A stretch of DNA of 64,000 bases, from the sequence record MT682711.1. The stretch is one strand, 5' to 3'. The stretch comes from Escherichia phage vB_EcoM_FB. The notes below the pieces were generated by a model. It saw only the letters and a list, made by a program, of their open reading frames with translations. It did no database searches and was not told the origin of the DNA. Every line of letters begins with the position of its first letter. The first letter of the stretch is position 1. Positions 62,226-64,000 of the stretch are shown one piece after another. The translations under genes and the position numbers were made by a program.

Positions 62226-64000
62226 ATGGCTACTTTAAAGCAAATCCAATTTAAAAGAAGTAAAGTAGCCGGTGTACGTCCGGCACCGGCCCAGTTGGCT
62301 GAAGGCGAACTGGCTATTAACTTAAAGGACCGTTTACTTTTTACTAAAGACGATACTGGAGCTATTATCGACCTCGGTTTTGCTAAAGGCGGTAATATCG
62401 ACGGTAATGTTATCCATAAAGGAAATTACACCCAAACCGGCGATTATACCCTAAATGGTACCTTTACCCAAACAGGTGATTTTAATTTAACCGGTGTTGC
62501 TCGTGTAACTCGTGACATTATTGCCGCTGGCCAGATAATGACCGAAGGCGGCGAGCTTATTTCTAAGAGTGCATCGACGTCCCATTTGAGATTTTTTGAC
62601 GGCGCATCCCGCGAACGTGGCATTATCTTTTCGCCAAATAATGCTGGAGCGACCACTCAGGTAGTTAATATTCGCGTACAAGATTATGCGACAAGTGGCG
62701 AAAGCACTTATGCGTTTTCAGGCAATGGTGTGTTTTCTTCCCCTGAAGTTTTTGGATGGAAATCTGTATCAACTCCGGTAATTTATACCAATAAAGTTAT
62801 TACCAACGGTAAAGTTGCAGGCGATTATGATATCTATTCATTAGCAAATAACACCCCGTTGGCAGAAAGCGAAACGGCTATTAACCATCTCCGTGTTATG
62901 CGAAATGCAGTTGGTTCGAGCATTTTCCATGAAGTTAAAGATAATGACGGAATAACCTGGTATTCCGGCGATGGCTTAGAAGCTTATCTTTGGTCGTTTA
63001 CCTGGTCCGGCGGATTGAAAGCAGGTCATTCCATGTCTGTTGGTCTTCCACACGGCCCTAAAGGATATTCTGAATTAGGAACGGCTTCAATTGCTCTTGG
63101 TGATAATGATACCGGCTTACAATGGCACCAAGATGGTTATTTCTTTAGTGTAAACAACGGCACAAGAACTTTCCTGAGCGGCCCTGCAGAAACTACTAGT
63201 CTTAGAAAAATGGTTATGGGTTATTCTGTAAACGGCACTGATTTAACTACGCCTCCGTCAGAAAACTATGCTTTGGCTACTGTTGTCACTTATCATGATA
63301 ATAACGCATATGGCGATGGCCAAACTCTTTTAGGTTATTATCAAGGTGGAAATTATCATCACTATTTCCGTGGTAAAGGTACTACAAACGTTAACACCGC
63401 CGGAGGTTTGTTAGTCACTCCCGGTAATATAGATGTGGTCGGTGGTTCAGTTAATATTGATGGCCGCAACAACGCTTCGACTCTTATGTTCAGAGGAAAT
63501 ACAACAGGAACTAGTTCAGTTGATAATATGACTATCAGCGTTTGGGGTAATACCTTTACTAATGTTGATGGCGACCGTAAAAACGTAATGGAAATATCTG
63601 ATGCTACTAGCTGGATGCAATATATTCAACGAACAACTGCTGGTAAAGTCGAATCGGTTCTAAATGGCACCCAGATTGTTAATGAAAACTTGACTGTAGT
63701 AAAAAATGCTACATTTGACGGTACAATCAGCGCAGCCGGTGAAATCGCGACAAATGCTGTAAATGGTCTTCGTATTTGGAACAATGATTACGGTGCCATT
63801 TTTAGACGTTCAGAAGGAAGTCTTCATATTATTCCAACTGCTTACGGTGAAGGTAAAAATGGTGATATCGGACCACTTCGTCCATTTAGTTTGGCTTTAG
63901 ATACCGGTAAGGTTGTTATTCCTGACCTAGATTTGAGTTATGCTTCTTTTGCAGCAAACGGCTATATTAAATTCGGTGGACATGGTGCAGGTGCAGGCGG
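62226..64000 (+). CDS. 37: long tail fiber distal subunit gp37, N-terminal part (3' end outside window)
   Basis: ATG 62226; MATLKQIQFKRSKVAGVRPAPAQLAEGELAINLKDR... matches my recollection of the conserved gp37 N-terminus; ORF open to window end. Confidence 0.9.
   Translation, partial: MATLKQIQFKRSKVAGVRPAPAQLAEGELAINLKDRLLFTKDDTGAIIDLGFAKGGNIDGNVIHKGNYTQTGDYTLNGTFTQTGDFNLTGVARVTRDIIAAGQIMTEGGELISKSASTSHLRFFDGASRERGIIFSPNNAGATTQVVNIRVQDYATSGESTYAFSGNGVFSSPEVFGWKSVSTPVIYTNKVITNGKVAGDYDIYSLANNTPLAESETAINHLRVMRNAVGSSIFHEVKDNDGITWYSGDGLEAYLWSFTWSGGLKAGHSMSVGLPHGPKGYSELGTASIALGDNDTGLQWHQDGYFFSVNNGTRTFLSGPAETTSLRKMVMGYSVNGTDLTTPPSENYALATVVTYHDNNAYGDGQTLLGYYQGGNYHHYFRGKGTTNVNTAGGLLVTPGNIDVVGGSVNIDGRNNASTLMFRGNTTGTSSVDNMTISVWGNTFTNVDGDRKNVMEISDATSWMQYIQRTTAGKVESVLNGTQIVNENLTVVKNATFDGTISAAGEIATNAVNGLRIWNNDYGAIFRRSEGSLHIIPTAYGEGKNGDIGPLRPFSLALDTGKVVIPDLDLSYASFAANGYIKFGGHGAGAG

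Overview
This window is a collinear T4-like (Tevenvirinae-type) myovirus segment running from the 3' end of gene 14 to the 5' part of gene 37. Identifications rest on my recollection of T4 protein sequences, on gene order, and on catalytic motifs visible in the ORF translations; no database search was possible. The + strand carries the late structural block (15-16-17-18-19-20-67-68-21-22-23-24, uvsW, 51-27-28-29-48-54, 34-35-36-37). The - strand carries rnlB-hoc-inh, uvsY-25-26, and the long early/middle block alt-30-30.x-rIII-31-cd-pseT-spanins-alc-rnlA-denA-nrdB-nrdA-td-frd-32-59-33-dsbA-rnh. The ORF track uses ATG/GTG/TTG starts, so many N-termini are over-extended; I re-set starts where an in-frame ATG with a Shine-Dalgarno and T4 homology agreed. 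I do not see an unambiguous novel multi-gene system; no CRISPR array, tRNA or intron was found. The most noteworthy departures from the T4 layout are: (1) two full-length Alt-like ADP-ribosyltransferases in tandem, next to a HAD-like hydrolase and a YbiA/NADAR-like gene; (2) a tandem pair of gene 24 vertex-protein paralogs; (3) an early-promoter cassette (GTTTAC -35, TACTAT-like -10, conserved GAGGAG leader) present in at least 8 copies in front of small unknown genes; (4) unknown genes in the slots that hold segD and segG in T4, plus a GIY-YIG homing endonuclease gene at the uvsY.-1 slot; (5) intronless td and nrdB; (6) two ORF-free structured regions around rIII and an unannotated 53-aa basic ORF.
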